Assembly (NCBI GenBank): GCA_012026655.1
Contig: JAAILG010000015.1
Span: 124,001 to 188,000, forward strand
DNA: 64,000 nt
Direction: 5' to 3'
Source of the DNA: Hydrolagus affinis
Lineage: Eukaryota
Shown: positions 24,706-37,411 of the stretch, piece by piece
Layout: the number at the start of each line of letters is the position of its first letter
Numbering within the stretch: the stretch's first letter is position 1
Notes under the pieces: generated by a model
The model's input: the letters and a program-made list of their open reading frames with translations, nothing else
Databases searched by the model: none
What the model was told of the DNA's origin: nothing
Translations under genes and position numbers: made by a program

Positions 24706-27004
24706 CAGAGGAAGAGTGGTCTGTCGAATTTATCATTTCCGAAAGGAATCATCAAGCTACGTATCCATTCGAGCACTGTCAGTCAACTGTGTACAGAGTA
24801 ATATTAATAAAAAATCTTTCATTTGTGAGATCACACCAAGTTGCGTTGGAAGAAAAGGGGTGAGGCAGTTCAGTAGACATGATGGAATGCATAAGCCACA
24901 ATCCACACACACGCACACGCACACATACATAAAATATACGAGAGATCTTTATAACATTCTTATTATTCTAATTTCACCAATTCTGAAGTCTTCCTTATTC
25001 ATGAAATAAAATGCGCGCCAACCATGCATTTTTATAACCTATTCTACAGCAACTTCAACTTCACTTTTAAGTTACAACTTTACTGTTGAATAAAATTAGA
25101 CATGTAGAATGATTTTTTTTTACTTACTGAAATTTAGCAGTGATGTGAAACTGGGCTGAGCTAGTAGTCGCCGCCTTGGAAGGCAAATAACAAGGGGGAA
25201 CAAGGTTACAATGCTTTATTATAACACATAATTCAATCATCGTTCTAACGTGCCACTGAGTGAGCAAAACAATAGTGAAATATGAACTAGCTTCTCACTC
25301 TGCTGGATGCATTTTTTTCCCCCCAGCACTACATAGAGGTTTGCACCTGAGAGAGACTGGGGATCAAAAGTAACGGTGTCTCTGCAGTAGAACTGCAAAG
25401 GTCGTTCTCAAAAAGGATTTGAGGAGAGTATGGTTGGTATGGTGGTGCATTGTGATCTTTCCTTTCTACGGTTCCAGCGAGGTAGCTGGTTTTGAGCTTT
25501 GAGCGCCCCTCATCTCTCAGGCCGACTGGATCTCTGCCAGCTTTCAGCTTCTTTTGATAAATAGAAACCAGCTGGTGTCCCAGGGATGCCCATTAATCTT
25601 TTCAGGAGATGAAAGCAAGCAGAGAACCTAAGCAACACCTTCTAATTACTGTTCCACAGTCTTTCCTGATATAAAACAAATTGGAGCAGAGTTCTTCGGA
25701 GAAGTGATTATTTTTTCTTTCTGTTCATCTTTTTTTCTGACCTATTCAGAGAATCGCTTTCGGCTACCATTTAAACAATTATATATACTGTACCACGAAG
25801 ATTCTACATATCGACAGTAATGAGAGGTACAATCTATTACACAACCATTGACTAACAGGTATTGATTAACTTACTGCATGCATGGGTTCACTTTTTCACA
25901 ATGTCCCTTGAGAGAAACCCTGGCTGATTCCAAATGATCAAATACAGTGACTCTGTGCTCTGCATGAAGGTCTGATGAAAGTCTCCTTATCCTGTCATTA
26001 AAACATGTGTTGCGTTTTTTTTCCCTTCAATCGGACATGATCATCATATTTTCCAAGTTTGGAATTAAGAACCAGCATTACTGTCTTGAACACAATATTG
26101 GCAAGAGGGGAGGATGTGAGAGGCAGCAGGATTTTGCGCTATGTTAAGGAAATTCACATCTTCGTCTCCCCTCTGAAGGATCATTTTTCAATCACTCAGA
26201 CTCTCAGTTTCACAAAGCAGGGTAAAAACATGTTTAACGCAATGCTCTGGTGGGGGCATGGGAGGGGTGTGTGGAGAGAGTCTCAATGCGAACACCTAAT
26301 AGAACCACCGGGAGGATTTTGGCAACATGTCAATTTGCATCCGAAAAGTATAAGCAACTCAGATGTAAATCAATTTGTTTAGGAACAATAATGAATTATC
26401 ATTAATCACCCAATGCTGCAAACTATTCATTTAGTGCTTGAACAGCTCAACTAACCCTCTCACGCTATTTTTAATACACAAACTCCTCTCAATTAACATC
26501 AGAAAAAACATCCGGTAATAGAGTTCAGCGCATGCACTTAGTTGCACTAGAATTCTACTCAGCTCTCCTGGTTTAGAGTTAGATTTGGGAGCAGGAAATA
26601 TAAATTAAGCTTCCCCTTCTAATCCCTTTACTGCTTCAAATATGTCACTTTGCTTGCACCATAATTAACTGGCAATCAATGATATCACTCTGTACTGGAG
26701 TTTTTGTCATTTATGTTCTATTGCACTTACATTCCATTCAGTCCTAGTTAACGTCCTATATTGGAATTATGGCTGTCTCTTCAACGAATTCTCTTCCTTT
26801 CCCATTTATGTCTACAGACAAGATTGATCAAAAATCTGCTCCCTCCATCAAATGTTACATAATGAAGGGCAGTCACAGAAAGTAGCTTGTGCAATCACTT
26901 GTCAAACCTGTTCAGGCAGATGTGAAAGATTCCATGACATGATCCAAAATGAGGCATTTCTCCCAGTGTCTTGGCTACCAATTGGCTGTCATATTTGCCT
27001 AAAA

Positions 27005-27125
27005 AATAATAATACTGTAATAAGCCTTGCATTTGTCATCGAGCCTTTCATATCAGGAGAATATCCCAAAGCACTTCACAGGAATCACTGTAAGGTTCCA
27101 TGACTGTGTGTTTTGTGGGCGAGCA
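27005..27125 (-). mobile_element. SINE 3' fragment
   Basis: taataagccttgcatttgtcatcgagcctttcatatcaggagaatatcccaaagcacttcacaggaat...ttttgtgggcga. Confidence 0.75.
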
Positions 27126-27164
27126 AGTACACATCGATGACACTTTACAACATATTCTGTGAAG

Positions 27165-27316
27165 CTATCTGATCTGCTCAGCCCCCCACTCCAACACAGG
27201 CTGCCTTCGCTTGACTGGCTCTGGCCTGTTTGTCTCTCATGCCCTCCTTTACTCCATCGGTGGCCATGCCTTCAGTCACGAAACGGGCGCTATATAAATG
27301 TAAGTTGTTGTTATTC
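27165..27316 (+). mobile_element. L2 3' fragment with internal deletion
   Basis: ...ctccatcggtggccatgccttcagtc (IGGHAFS) joined to gggcgctatataaatgtaagttgttgtt tail. Confidence 0.7.
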
Positions 27317-27566
27317 TTGCCGACAATCAGAAGAAAAGGTGCAGGCGTTTTGAAACATGTGGGGACCTTAGCATTGAACAGATTATAGTGGTGAGCGTGA
27401 ATCTTTCCTGCACATATTTTATGAGTGACCTTTTAGATTCCATGAACAAGTCTAGGCCATATGGTCTAGGGATTCTTCTTTCCTGGACTTTGTTTTTTAC
27501 CACCACATATAAATGGCTCGTTGTTCACATATATCCTAAAAATGAATGAGTTAAAGATGATCATTT

Positions 27567-27642
27567 ACAACAACAACAACTACAATTGCAAAATTACATT
27601 TATAGAGCGCCTTTCTCGTCAGGAGGACATCCCAAGGCGCTG
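27567..27642 (-). mobile_element. L2 3' terminus, ultra-short
   Basis: aaaattacatttatagagcgcctttctcgtcaggaggacatcccaaggcgctg. Confidence 0.85.
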
Positions 27643-30176
27643 GCTCACATGAACGTGGGGAAATGACTACCTAATGTTCGATTGATTCTGTCGTGTTCTG
27701 TCATTGTCAAACCAAGCCTAAACATACCTTGAAATATTAACCTGGGCGCTGATTCCCTTCTTTGATGTGATATTTTTCAGTTTCACCCACAGTGTGTTGG
27801 CAGGTTGAGACTAATCCTGCTCAAACAAATATTCAAAATATGGTGTAGTCCGACAGCTCAGAGAGATTGACCACACCTGCCTGAAATTGTGATAATGATA
27901 TCTCATCCCAATTCTGAAGTATTAATTTAAAAGCCTATGAATGTCGACTGAGCCAGACATGAGTAACTTCTGTGTTTCTTTGATGTGTGGTGGGCGTTGG
28001 AGAGAGGTTTGTCTGGGAAAAAATGGAAAGTGCATTGTTAACAGTGTCTGGAATTTGTGTGTGGGTGTCAAGGCAGGCAGCTTCCATTCAATTGTTAAGC
28101 ACTATGTACAAAATTGACTTCTTTGACTGCTTTTGGTATTTGGAAATGCAGGAACCCCTGCAAATTAATGAGGCAATCTCTGGTGTCAGCACTCACTTAC
28201 TCATGAATCAGACTGTGTATCTATTTCGCAACACAAATGTCACTTCTTCCTGGCCATTTTTCAATTCTCACTTTCCTCGAAATTGTTCCATGCTCTGCAT
28301 GCTCTCATTTCCATATATATATATAAAAGATGGAATTTGGTTTGTGCCTTGCCCATGTACTCGCCGCTCTCTGTGCTTTGTGAATGAAAGAGATACAGTG
28401 CAATCTCACTTCATCACGTATAATCCTCAGCATAGCATGGAACTGGCAACACATTCTTATTTTTATTGGGTTGTATTTCCGAACATTTTCTATATCCGAA
28501 AATCCTTATCCCTGAAAACACATATTCTACCTTACCCTTGGTTTAAGCTGTGTCAATCCTTCAGTGGAAATGCACAGCCCAATTGTGAAAGGATCTGGAG
28601 ATGACAGCCCATTCCACAGATCAGGAGAACTAAGCACAATCTTTATCCTTCATTGTTTTTTAATATACTGTACGTCCATGTGTTTTCCACATTTGAAAAT
28701 CATGTCCTCTGATCCGCGTTGGATTTAATGTCATTTTTAGTGATAATGTTTCATCTTATATGTAACCCTATTATTTTAGGAGACCTGCAGTATTTCTTCT
28801 CATAGTTTTTATTTTGCTGAACCGTGACCTTAGCTCCATTAGGCTGTTTTAAGAACCTAATAATCTCAAATATAGGAGATAACTTCATTATCTGCTCTAT
28901 GTTTGCAACACATTTCTGAACATGTGGAGGTACTCTAACCATAACTGGATACAGCGATTTTACATCTTTGTGTCCTGCATTTTCCTGAATGCAACAATAT
29001 TGTTTTCAAAATCCACATCAGCAGATATAGAGAGATTGGAGCAATATAGTCAGGGTGCAAAGCTGTTTGGGTTGCAATGGTGTCCTTGTAAAAATGGCAG
29101 AAGGTTCATTGGAGCTGACGGGACTCAAGACTGTAATGTTATCACAGTTCAGGCAGCCGTGCTCTTTCCAGGTATCCACTTATTTACTTATGAATCATCA
29201 GGATCAGAAAACAAGATCTGATACACTGTGAAACCATTAATAGATGGTATAGTTAATGAAAAGCTTTGGAATTCAAATTCTATGTGCCCACTTTAACTTC
29301 TAACACTATTTTTGCTTGTTAATCACCATTTGGCATTTCCTTGAGAGGTCTCTTTCAGTGTTTACATTCAAATTCATAGCCCAAATTTAGCTTTTAAAAG
29401 AGAACCACATTGCAAGATTAAGAATTTTCCGCTACCCTGCATGATTTATACATGGTCTCGCAGGTTAAGGTTAGGTGAAATTCTGGGCCTCAAAAGAGGC
29501 TCATTATCCCCACCCTATCTCAGAGGCGCTGAGACCTGTGGTAGTGCCCAACTTTTGCCCTGCCTGAGTTACTTTACATTAATGTGTGTTAACAGTGGTC
29601 TATATCACAGCACATTAAGTAAAGCATACATTTAATGTGTCTCAGACTCCACTGCTTGAGATGCGCATTCAACTACATTAGACAAGTCAAATTTCAGACT
29701 GCTCGAGAGTTCATTACTAACATTTAAAAAAGAATTTCAGAGTCATTCCAAGCTAGAGACTTCTTTGCAAATTGATTTTCCCAATCAAACTCAAGGTCCA
29801 ATCCCTCTCTGAAGCACAGATGATGAGAATTGCTGCAATAATTCCCTGCCCTAACTAAGTACCAGTCAATATGGGCACATGCTGTGCACCACTGGACTGC
29901 CAGACACTAAATGTCTTCCTTACTATGATAAATGTAAGTTGTTCACTAATCTATCCCATACATCAGAGTGTGTGTAGATCCATTGTAACTTGTAATACAT
30001 TTGTCTCCAGATATCTCTAAAGCATCATCCAATTCTGAAATTGGTTCATGCGTAAAGTCAGGACTCACGAACCTGTGGAAGTCCTAACTTGGGTTTCTAT
30101 CTTGTATTAAAAAAAATGAGACGACAAAAGCCTTTGTTCTTTACAGAATTCTGCAATGCGCACAGAGAGCTGATAA

Positions 30177-30231
30177 TACAACAACAACAACAACAAAATT
30201 ATATTTATAGAGCGTCTTTCACGTCGGGAGA
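30177..30231 (-). mobile_element. L2 3' terminus, ultra-short
   Basis: (caa)n aattatatttatagagcgtctttcacgtcgggag. Confidence 0.85.
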
Positions 30232-30769
30232 CATTAATAACTCAATGATACAATGAATACCCTGGAAATTTGAGGTAAAAAAATATTAACTGCTGGAAAA
30301 TCTCATCAAATCAATAAAAAATACGCATGTGAAAGTGAAAGATATGTTTCAGTGGCTGACTCTTCAACGTGGAATGTGAACTTATCTATCTCTTTCAGAT
30401 CGATTAACTCAAAAGGTTTTTCTTTAAAATGCTACGAGCTCCAAGGAACATAATGCATTCAGCAAAAACTCCTAATGTCTTCAGTCAAACACACAGTTAG
30501 TGATCGCCCTGCTTACCTCAAGATGACAGCATTCTATCAGGTGGCTCGATACATCCAGGAATGTTACGTTTGTATTGACTGAATCTGAATTTACCACCCC
30601 ATCTCCAATGCTTTTCATCAAGTGGAGATACATTTTCAGGATCTATAACCTGGTTACATAATGTGTGTATGATCCAAGGATCTTTTTAGTTCAAATGGGC
30701 TGTAAAATTCTCCAACTCTATGAGGTTTCTATGTTTCAGGATGGAGATGCCTCAAAGAAACTCCAAGCG

Positions 30770-30805
30770 ATGACAATATTGCAATGAATGACAATATTGC
30801 AATGA
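30770..30805. repeat. Perfect 18-bp tandem duplication
   Basis: atgacaatattgcaatga x2. Confidence 0.95.
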
Positions 30806-31544
30806 ATATACTGCCTGTGGGTAATTCACTCTGAGTGAACCGCCCGTTTGAGTGGTCCTGTAAAAATTAAAACAGTTTGATTACACTAGCCCAATGTGAA
30901 ATGATTGTAACTCCGCATGGAAAAAATTTGCTGAATATTTTGACACGGCCGGCTCATTATTCTGTCGGGAAGACTCGTAGTTAAAAGGACAGATTGATTA
31001 ATAAACCCGACAAAGTACTGCGGAACACTAAACTCATCAAACGGTCACGAACTTGAATGTGCCTGATACAGTTTCAACCCAATTGCGCTGTTTAGTGACT
31101 GGGTTTCTCTGTGCAGTGTGCATTCCAAAAGCACGGTGAAGAGAAACTGTTACTTCAGCACAGTTTAGACTGTGATATTAGGGACTGATGTATGAGAAGG
31201 GAATAAACTGCTTTAGTTATGAAGAGCAAGTTTTTGCTCCGCACAGCAGATGGATACAATATGTTCCTCATAAAAGCGTATACTTCTCCAGTGTAGATTT
31301 TGAATCACCAATGCCTACATGCAATTTGATTACAAAAAATGGCATTCATAGTTCGGAGCCCAAATCTTCCAGATGTGACTCATTGGCACGTTTCTCGTGC
31401 AACAAAACAGACTTATACTCAAGACAAGCAGCCCATGCCAGCCTTGGCAGTACCAGTATTTCTGTCCTTCTGTCATGATGGATTTGTGCCAATGCAGCCA
31501 CAGCTATTTCCTGACCAGCATGCTGGGCCCAGTGGCCTTTTCCT

Positions 31545-31752
31545 GTTCCTAAAATGGTCCGTCTGCCTCAACCCCTCCCTGACCTCCTTCAAGTCTCGCA
31601 TCTCGACTCTCTGCTTCAATGGACCCATCGGGAACTACTAATCCCCCCCTTCCCTCCCCCCACCCTCTGTCCTCAGCTCGGGTTTGAAGCAGTAACTGTT
31701 TACATCCTCCTGACGTGAAAGGTGCTATACAAGTGTAATTTTGTTGTTTTTG
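31545..31752 (+). mobile_element. L2 3' end
   Basis: ccctgacctccttcaagtctcgcatc...cagctcgggt...cctcctgacgtgaaaggtgctatacaagtgtaattttgttg. Confidence 0.8.
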
Positions 31753-31774
31753 TTTAAGATCCCCAAAATTCAAG

Positions 31775-32092
31775 CTCTCGAATTCAAGTTCCTCATGTTC
31801 AAATCCCTCCATGACCTCGCCCCAACCTTATCTCTGTGGCCTCTTACACAACTACCGATCTGGCCATTGCTTCCGCTCAGAAAACAGTGGCTTATTTCAT
31901 GTCCCTGACCTGATCTGCTTCACCACCAATGGGTGAGGATTCAGCCTTGTTGCCCTATTTTCTGGAATTCTATCCCAAACTCCAAAGCCTCCCCTCCTCC
32001 CCCATCAGCTCGGGTGCCTGGTCAGCCTTGTAAAGTGCTCTGATATATCCTCCTGAAGTAAACAGAACTATATAAATGCAAAATGTTGTTCA
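31775..32092 (+). mobile_element. Second L2 3' fragment immediately downstream
   Basis: EFKFLMFKSLHDLAP-like coding, ctggaattctatccc (WNSIP), cagctcgggt and ctatataaatgcaaaatgttgtt tail. Confidence 0.8.
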
Positions 32093-33819
32093 ATTTTTTT
32101 ATTCTTTCAATGATTATCCTTTTTGCCATGGCACCGATCGACTGTTCATCTCGCATCTTCTCGTTACTCGCTCTTTTCAACCAGTTTTGTAAGTCTTATT
32201 CCACGAACTTAATCGCCCGCCCTACATTGGATGGTCACCAAAACAATGAAGTCTATATTGAATCAAAATAAACTGATTACTGATCTAGAAAAAAAACCTT
32301 GACAATTCATTTCCTATGAAGCAGCGGAATGCACTATGTGCTTTCATAGTTAGCATCAGTGCTAATGTCACATCACAAGTCACATTTGTCTAAATAGCCA
32401 AATAACACATTTTTTGCTGGGATCATCACATTAAACCAAACATTTGCATTGTAACAACTCGACTGTGTACTGTGCTCAATCCTCTTGTACTATAGTAATG
32501 TGACCTTCGTGTTCGCTATTCTATAACAGTCCTGGAGCTAGGCCAAGTAAAGTGCCAGTTTACTTCGGTTAAATCACTCCACAAACCAAATACCAGGTGA
32601 TATGAAGTTTGATGGAAGACCAGAGTATTTAGCATTATGGTCCTTTGGTTTTCCCTCGCAGATAAGTTATGCATTAAACCAAAATAAATTTTCTTAAGAT
32701 ACATTGATCCTTCTATTTTCGTAACAATCTATTAATTGTTTATGTGAAAGGACAGCTATACATCAAATAAGTATGAGCAGCGCATGTAAATCACCAATGA
32801 AGTGTGTTGGAGGTGTGATTGGCTCCTGGCTACTGATGTGATTTTGATGGGTGATGGCAAAGAAATGAATGAAAGAATTTCATCTGTTTAGAGATGAATT
32901 TCGCATGAAATGTTTCTGTGTTGGAAAATAACGGGAGCTACAACAACGACTGAACAAAAATAACAGTGATCAGGTTAAACTTTTTGTCTCTGTTAAGTGA
33001 TTGCTTAAGTGGTAATTCGAGTTACCCGGATGCCAAATTTTCATGCTGGAAGTTGGAAACTTCTCCCATAGTAACTCTAAAGCATATGTATCCTGCAAAG
33101 CACTTTGAGACACCCTCCCTTCCATCGTAAAAGGCCCAATATCAAATGTAAGGTTCATTATAGGATTATTAAGTGCTTCAAACCCAATCATTAATGTCGC
33201 ATAATTAATTGTGCTGGGTGGAAAAAAGACATTCTGAAAATAATACGCAAGGACTGGAAGGAGGTGGCAATAAATAAATTACTGCTATGGAAGAGAGATA
33301 TTGTAATATATACTGTTATTTTAGCATGAGTGCACACTAACAACATATTAATGCCCTTTTCTGACTATCTGTCATAAGGTGTGGTACAGCAGTGTGCGTG
33401 ATAAAACACAAGAATACTCACACCACTTCTTATTTCCATTCTGACTGTAATGGTGAATGACAATTCACAAACAGTTCAAAACATTTAAGTTCTTTTGTGT
33501 GAAGCAAAAAGCAGATCCTAATTGCAAGGTTTAAGTTAAAGGGCAAATTAATATTAGATTATTGTATATATATTATTATATTAAAGGGCAAATTATTCAG
33601 GAAAAGAATCTCACCTCATATAAAAAGCTACAGCACTTATATCTGATGCTTTCCCACTATGATTCTGTCATTCATTTCGCATTATCTTACCTGACAAATA
33701 TTGCATGGAATACAGGAACACGAAGAGGTCATTGAGACCACCAGGGTTGTTCCATGAATTTTAGATCCAAATAGGCTTGTCAGAGAATCTTAGCATCTTC
33801 TAGAAACATTTGAGTCTTT

Positions 33820-34180
33820 GGTTGCTAGCACTCTTTGCAAAGAGTGGGTCAGAAGTTTGTGGATTCAAGTACAAGGTTGTGATTTGACACTTCAGTGCTA
33901 GTGCTTGTTTGAGGTGCATTATTTCAGATGATCCTGTTAGCCCACGTATGTTTTCAAAATCCCATAACTTTTTAGGAGGGAAAGGAGTTTTGCCCGGTGT
34001 CCTGGCCAACAATCCTACAGATTACTGCATTCATATCACGGCTGTTTGTGGGATCTTCCTAGCTCAGAATGGCTGCCATGTTTGCTTACAATATCAGTCA
34101 TTAACCTCAACAGCAATTGCTTGTGAATTGCTTCAAGAGTTTTCAATGTAATAAGGTGCTATGAAAATGCATGTTTTTTT
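33820..34180 (+). mobile_element. Old SacSINE1/Deu-like SINE, near full length
   Basis: tagcactct...gtcagaagtttgtggattcaagt head; ggagttttgcccggtgtcctggccaacaat; gctgtttgtgggatctt...aatggctgccatgttt; aggtgctatgaaaatgca tail. Confidence 0.75.
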
Positions 34181-35877
34181 TCCTACCAATATTTGCAACC
34201 CAGTCCATCAATAAATCCCCCTGCATGCCAAATTTATACATATGATTTTCAAGTCAATGTCAAGTGACATTTTATATGAGACGAGATAACTCTTGAATGC
34301 TTTCAGTCTTGTGATCCTGCATGATTTCAGAGGTGCCAAATACTATGCAAATTTTTAACACTCTGGTTTATAATGGTGACTTTGACTATTACATCTAATA
34401 GAAAACTCGTTTGAAAGCTCACAAATCCACACAGAGATGGAGTTTTTCGAAGAGTCTGCATCTATCGATCACAAGTACAGGCTTTGCCCCTCCCTCCCCA
34501 CCACCATGAATATTTTGCTTTAAAGGAGTTGAAATCCTTAAATCATTTCCCAAATATAATTGAATGCAAAATTAGATTTGATTTTGTCATACAAGTGATA
34601 TTGCTATATTCGCAAACCAAACCCCACACAGACACAATTTGTATTGTGCTATCCATTGCCACTGCTGTCTATTAAATGTTTAAGTTATCAGCCTCCACAA
34701 CAAAAAAAGCACAATGAATACGTATTGATTGTACCTTGAAATCAGTAATTAATCATAGTTGATTGATATTACAGTTAATGGTAAATGTTATTTAGCAAAA
34801 AACAAACTAGTTGTTCAATTGAGAAACACCACTGAAATGAATATTATGTAACAGACTTGTAAAACCAGATGTACTTTGTTTTTGAATTGTCCCATCCGTT
34901 AGTTGACCCTAACTTTGGCGTAAGTGCTGCAGTGTTCCAATGGAACTGGAATTGATTTGAGAGATATAAAATATAAATTCACTCACTACGTGGCATCTAA
35001 AAATAATTCCCACACACAACAAGAACTAGCATTAAGGTCCTTATTAAACATTTTCAATTTTTTTTATCAGGAGAGTACAGGTTGGAAGGAAGCAACATCA
35101 ACAACAAAATTACATTTGTATAATACCTTTCATATACTGTATATTGTTTAGAATAAATAATGCCAATGGTTAGTTATGCAAAATCAGAACAGGAGTTTTA
35201 ATCCTCTGACCAGGACACAGGGAGGTTGGTTAAACAGAACAGTGAGAAGACAGTTAAATGTAACTTGGCTGGTGAAACACCTCAGAAATGTAGAGATTTA
35301 TAGCCCAAAACATTGTATGCTTCTGGCATTAAATTTAAGTACAGTATTGTGCGATTCCTCTTATATTGGTAGTTCTGTGCTTCTAGCGTCAGAAAGTTGA
35401 ATTTTCGTCCAATTAGCAGACTCTTGTGTTCAGCTCTTGAATTTTTTTTTACATATTGTCCTCGTTTTTCCTTTTTCTGTATCTTAAATACTGAACATCA
35501 AGTTATTACACCAAGATGAACAGAAACATGATTCTCAACAAATGCAGGATATTATTTTACTTGTGCTTTCATACTTTCATACAAACCATTTGCTCCATTC
35601 ACTAGCTGAGAAGACGATATTTGCTTACTTTAATTGATCAGAATAGTTAATATTCCTTACATAAAAATCACACCTCTGTGCTTTGTGGTTTCTTCTATTT
35701 CTGTGATGATGTTGTAAAATTGAATGTAAAATAACCACTGTCAAAAACTGGAGTAGAATATCAATTTCTCTGCTTTTACTAGTTCAGATCAGAAAGTCTC
35801 AGCAACTTAGTGATTAATTAGGTTGTCTAAACTAGATACCTTTTGTTAGTTGCTAACTGAAAGCAGATTACAGCTAG

Positions 35878-36241
35878 AGTCCTGTAGCTCAGTGGTTAGA
35901 GCACTCGCCTTGCAAACCTAGAGACCTGGGTTCGTTTCCAGGCAGGGCGAAATATTGAGAGGGTTTTCTTACACCACATGCCTCTGTTTTCCTAGCAGTA
36001 AGTAGGAATCTGGTTGTTAGTTGATTGGTGGATCACCTTTCTGGGGATACCCTCAAAAACATAATAATAATAATTTGGTCACACAAATCATGACTGTTTG
36101 TGGGACACTACTGTTTGCAATCAACTGCCGCGTTTCCCCCACAAATATAAATTCAAATCACTTTGTTGTATATTCTGTGAAGCGCTTTAAGACGTCTAAA
36201 AGTTGTGAAAAGCGCTATAACAAATGCAAGGATTATTATTA
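35878..36241 (+). mobile_element. tRNA-derived SINE, full length (long form)
   Basis: agtcctgTAGCTCAGTGGttagagcactcgccttgcaa...GGTTCGTTTCCaggcagggcg head with A/B boxes; cacatgcctctgttttcctagcagtaagtaggaa core; gtgaaaagcgctataacaaatgcaaggattattatta tail. Confidence 0.95.
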
Positions 36242-36289
36242 CGTTAATATACCATTTGGTTAAAGTGCCTGCCTAATAAGCAGGACATT

Positions 36290-36682
36290 GTGGGTTTGAA
36301 TCCTAGCAAGGTCTTTGTGGCACAGCCTGTCTCTGTTTGTTGCAAACAGAGTTAATCGTCGAGGTTGACACCAACTCAGCGTTGAAGATGCGCTGTTTTG
36401 CGGATGAGATGTCAAATTGAGGTCTGGTTTGGCTGTTCAGATGGATAGCTAAGATCCCCTAACCGTATTAGAGAAGGGAGTTTCTATTGATGTCCAGCTC
36501 AACAATCCATTGGATAAAAATAGTTATTTTAGTTTATTGTTATTTGTGAGACATCGCTGCTTGTAAATTGGCTACTGCTTTTGTTGAAAATACACAGAAT
36601 ACTCTTCACAGCAATTCCCTGCGAAGCACTTTGGGATGTGCAGACATAAATACAGATGCTAAGTCAAATGCAAGGATTATTA
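36290..36682 (+). mobile_element. SacSINE1/Deu-like SINE
   Basis: gctgttttgcggatgagatgtcaaattgaggtctgg...gttcagatggatagctaagatccc...gaagggagttt; gaagcactttgggatgt...caaatgcaaggattatta. Confidence 0.75.
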
Positions 36683-36910
36683 CCAACTCAGGTAAGAGAT
36701 TTTTTTTTGAAAAATCTTTCTTTGAAGTAACCAAACTGGATTGAGTTAACAACATATGTGCACAAATTCTCATTAAATGTCAGTGTAACAACCCTTTTTC
36801 TAAATAACGTTGAGTGATCATTTAATTTTAGGTCTCAGAGTAGAATAGAATACTGCAGCCATGGAGGCCAGAACAAGCATGCATTTTTTCTAACACAAAA
36901 CTGCTACACC

Positions 36911-36962
36911 TTCATTCATTCATTCATTCATTCATTCATTCATTCATTCATTCATTCATTCA
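36911..36962. repeat. (TTCA)13 microsatellite
   Basis: Perfect tetranucleotide run counted directly. Confidence 0.95.
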
Positions 36963-37116
36963 GAGAGAGAATTTTGAAGGGATGATGAGATATAAAATAC
37001 ATGGATTTTGAGATGCTAAAGATGCTCAACCTAAATAATAATAATACTAATCCTTGCATTTGATTAATAATGGGTTGTCTTGCTTGGTTCCCTGTCTCAG
37101 CACTCATTCATTGCAG

Positions 37117-37411
37117 TAATAATAGCAATAATGATATAATGCTTGCAATTTGATTGAGTGCTTTTCATGTCCTCTAGACGTCTCAAACCACTTCACCGAA
37201 TATACTGTAAAGTCAATTTGACCATATATTTGTAGGCGAACGCAGCAGTCAATTGCGCATAGCAGTGTCCCACAAATAGCCGTGGATTGAATTGACCACT
37301 TTATTATTGTTTATTTTTGAGGGATTATTATTAGGCGTAAGGAAACTTGCCCAAGAATTGAACCAGGGTTTCTCGCTTACAAGGCGAGTGTTCTAACCAC
37401 TGAGCTACAGT
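37117..37411 (-). mobile_element. tRNA-derived SINE, full length (short, internally deleted form)
   Basis: Reverse complement ctgtagctcagtggttagaacactcgccttgtaagcgagaaaccctggttc...gggcaagtttccttacgcctaataataatccc...gacgtctagaggacatgaaaagcac. Confidence 0.92.

Noticed and set aside
25327-25436. Exon-like segment with strong acceptor and GT donor
   Set aside because: Stops in all three frames and no other support
27987-28604. Longest ORF (205 aa)
   Set aside because: Non-ATG start, composition like random AT-rich DNA, includes a TA run, no recognisable domain or convincing splice signals
35878-35950. Possible tRNA gene (also 49042 and 60520-60595)
   Set aside because: Continues directly into SINE body and tail; anticodon varies between copies
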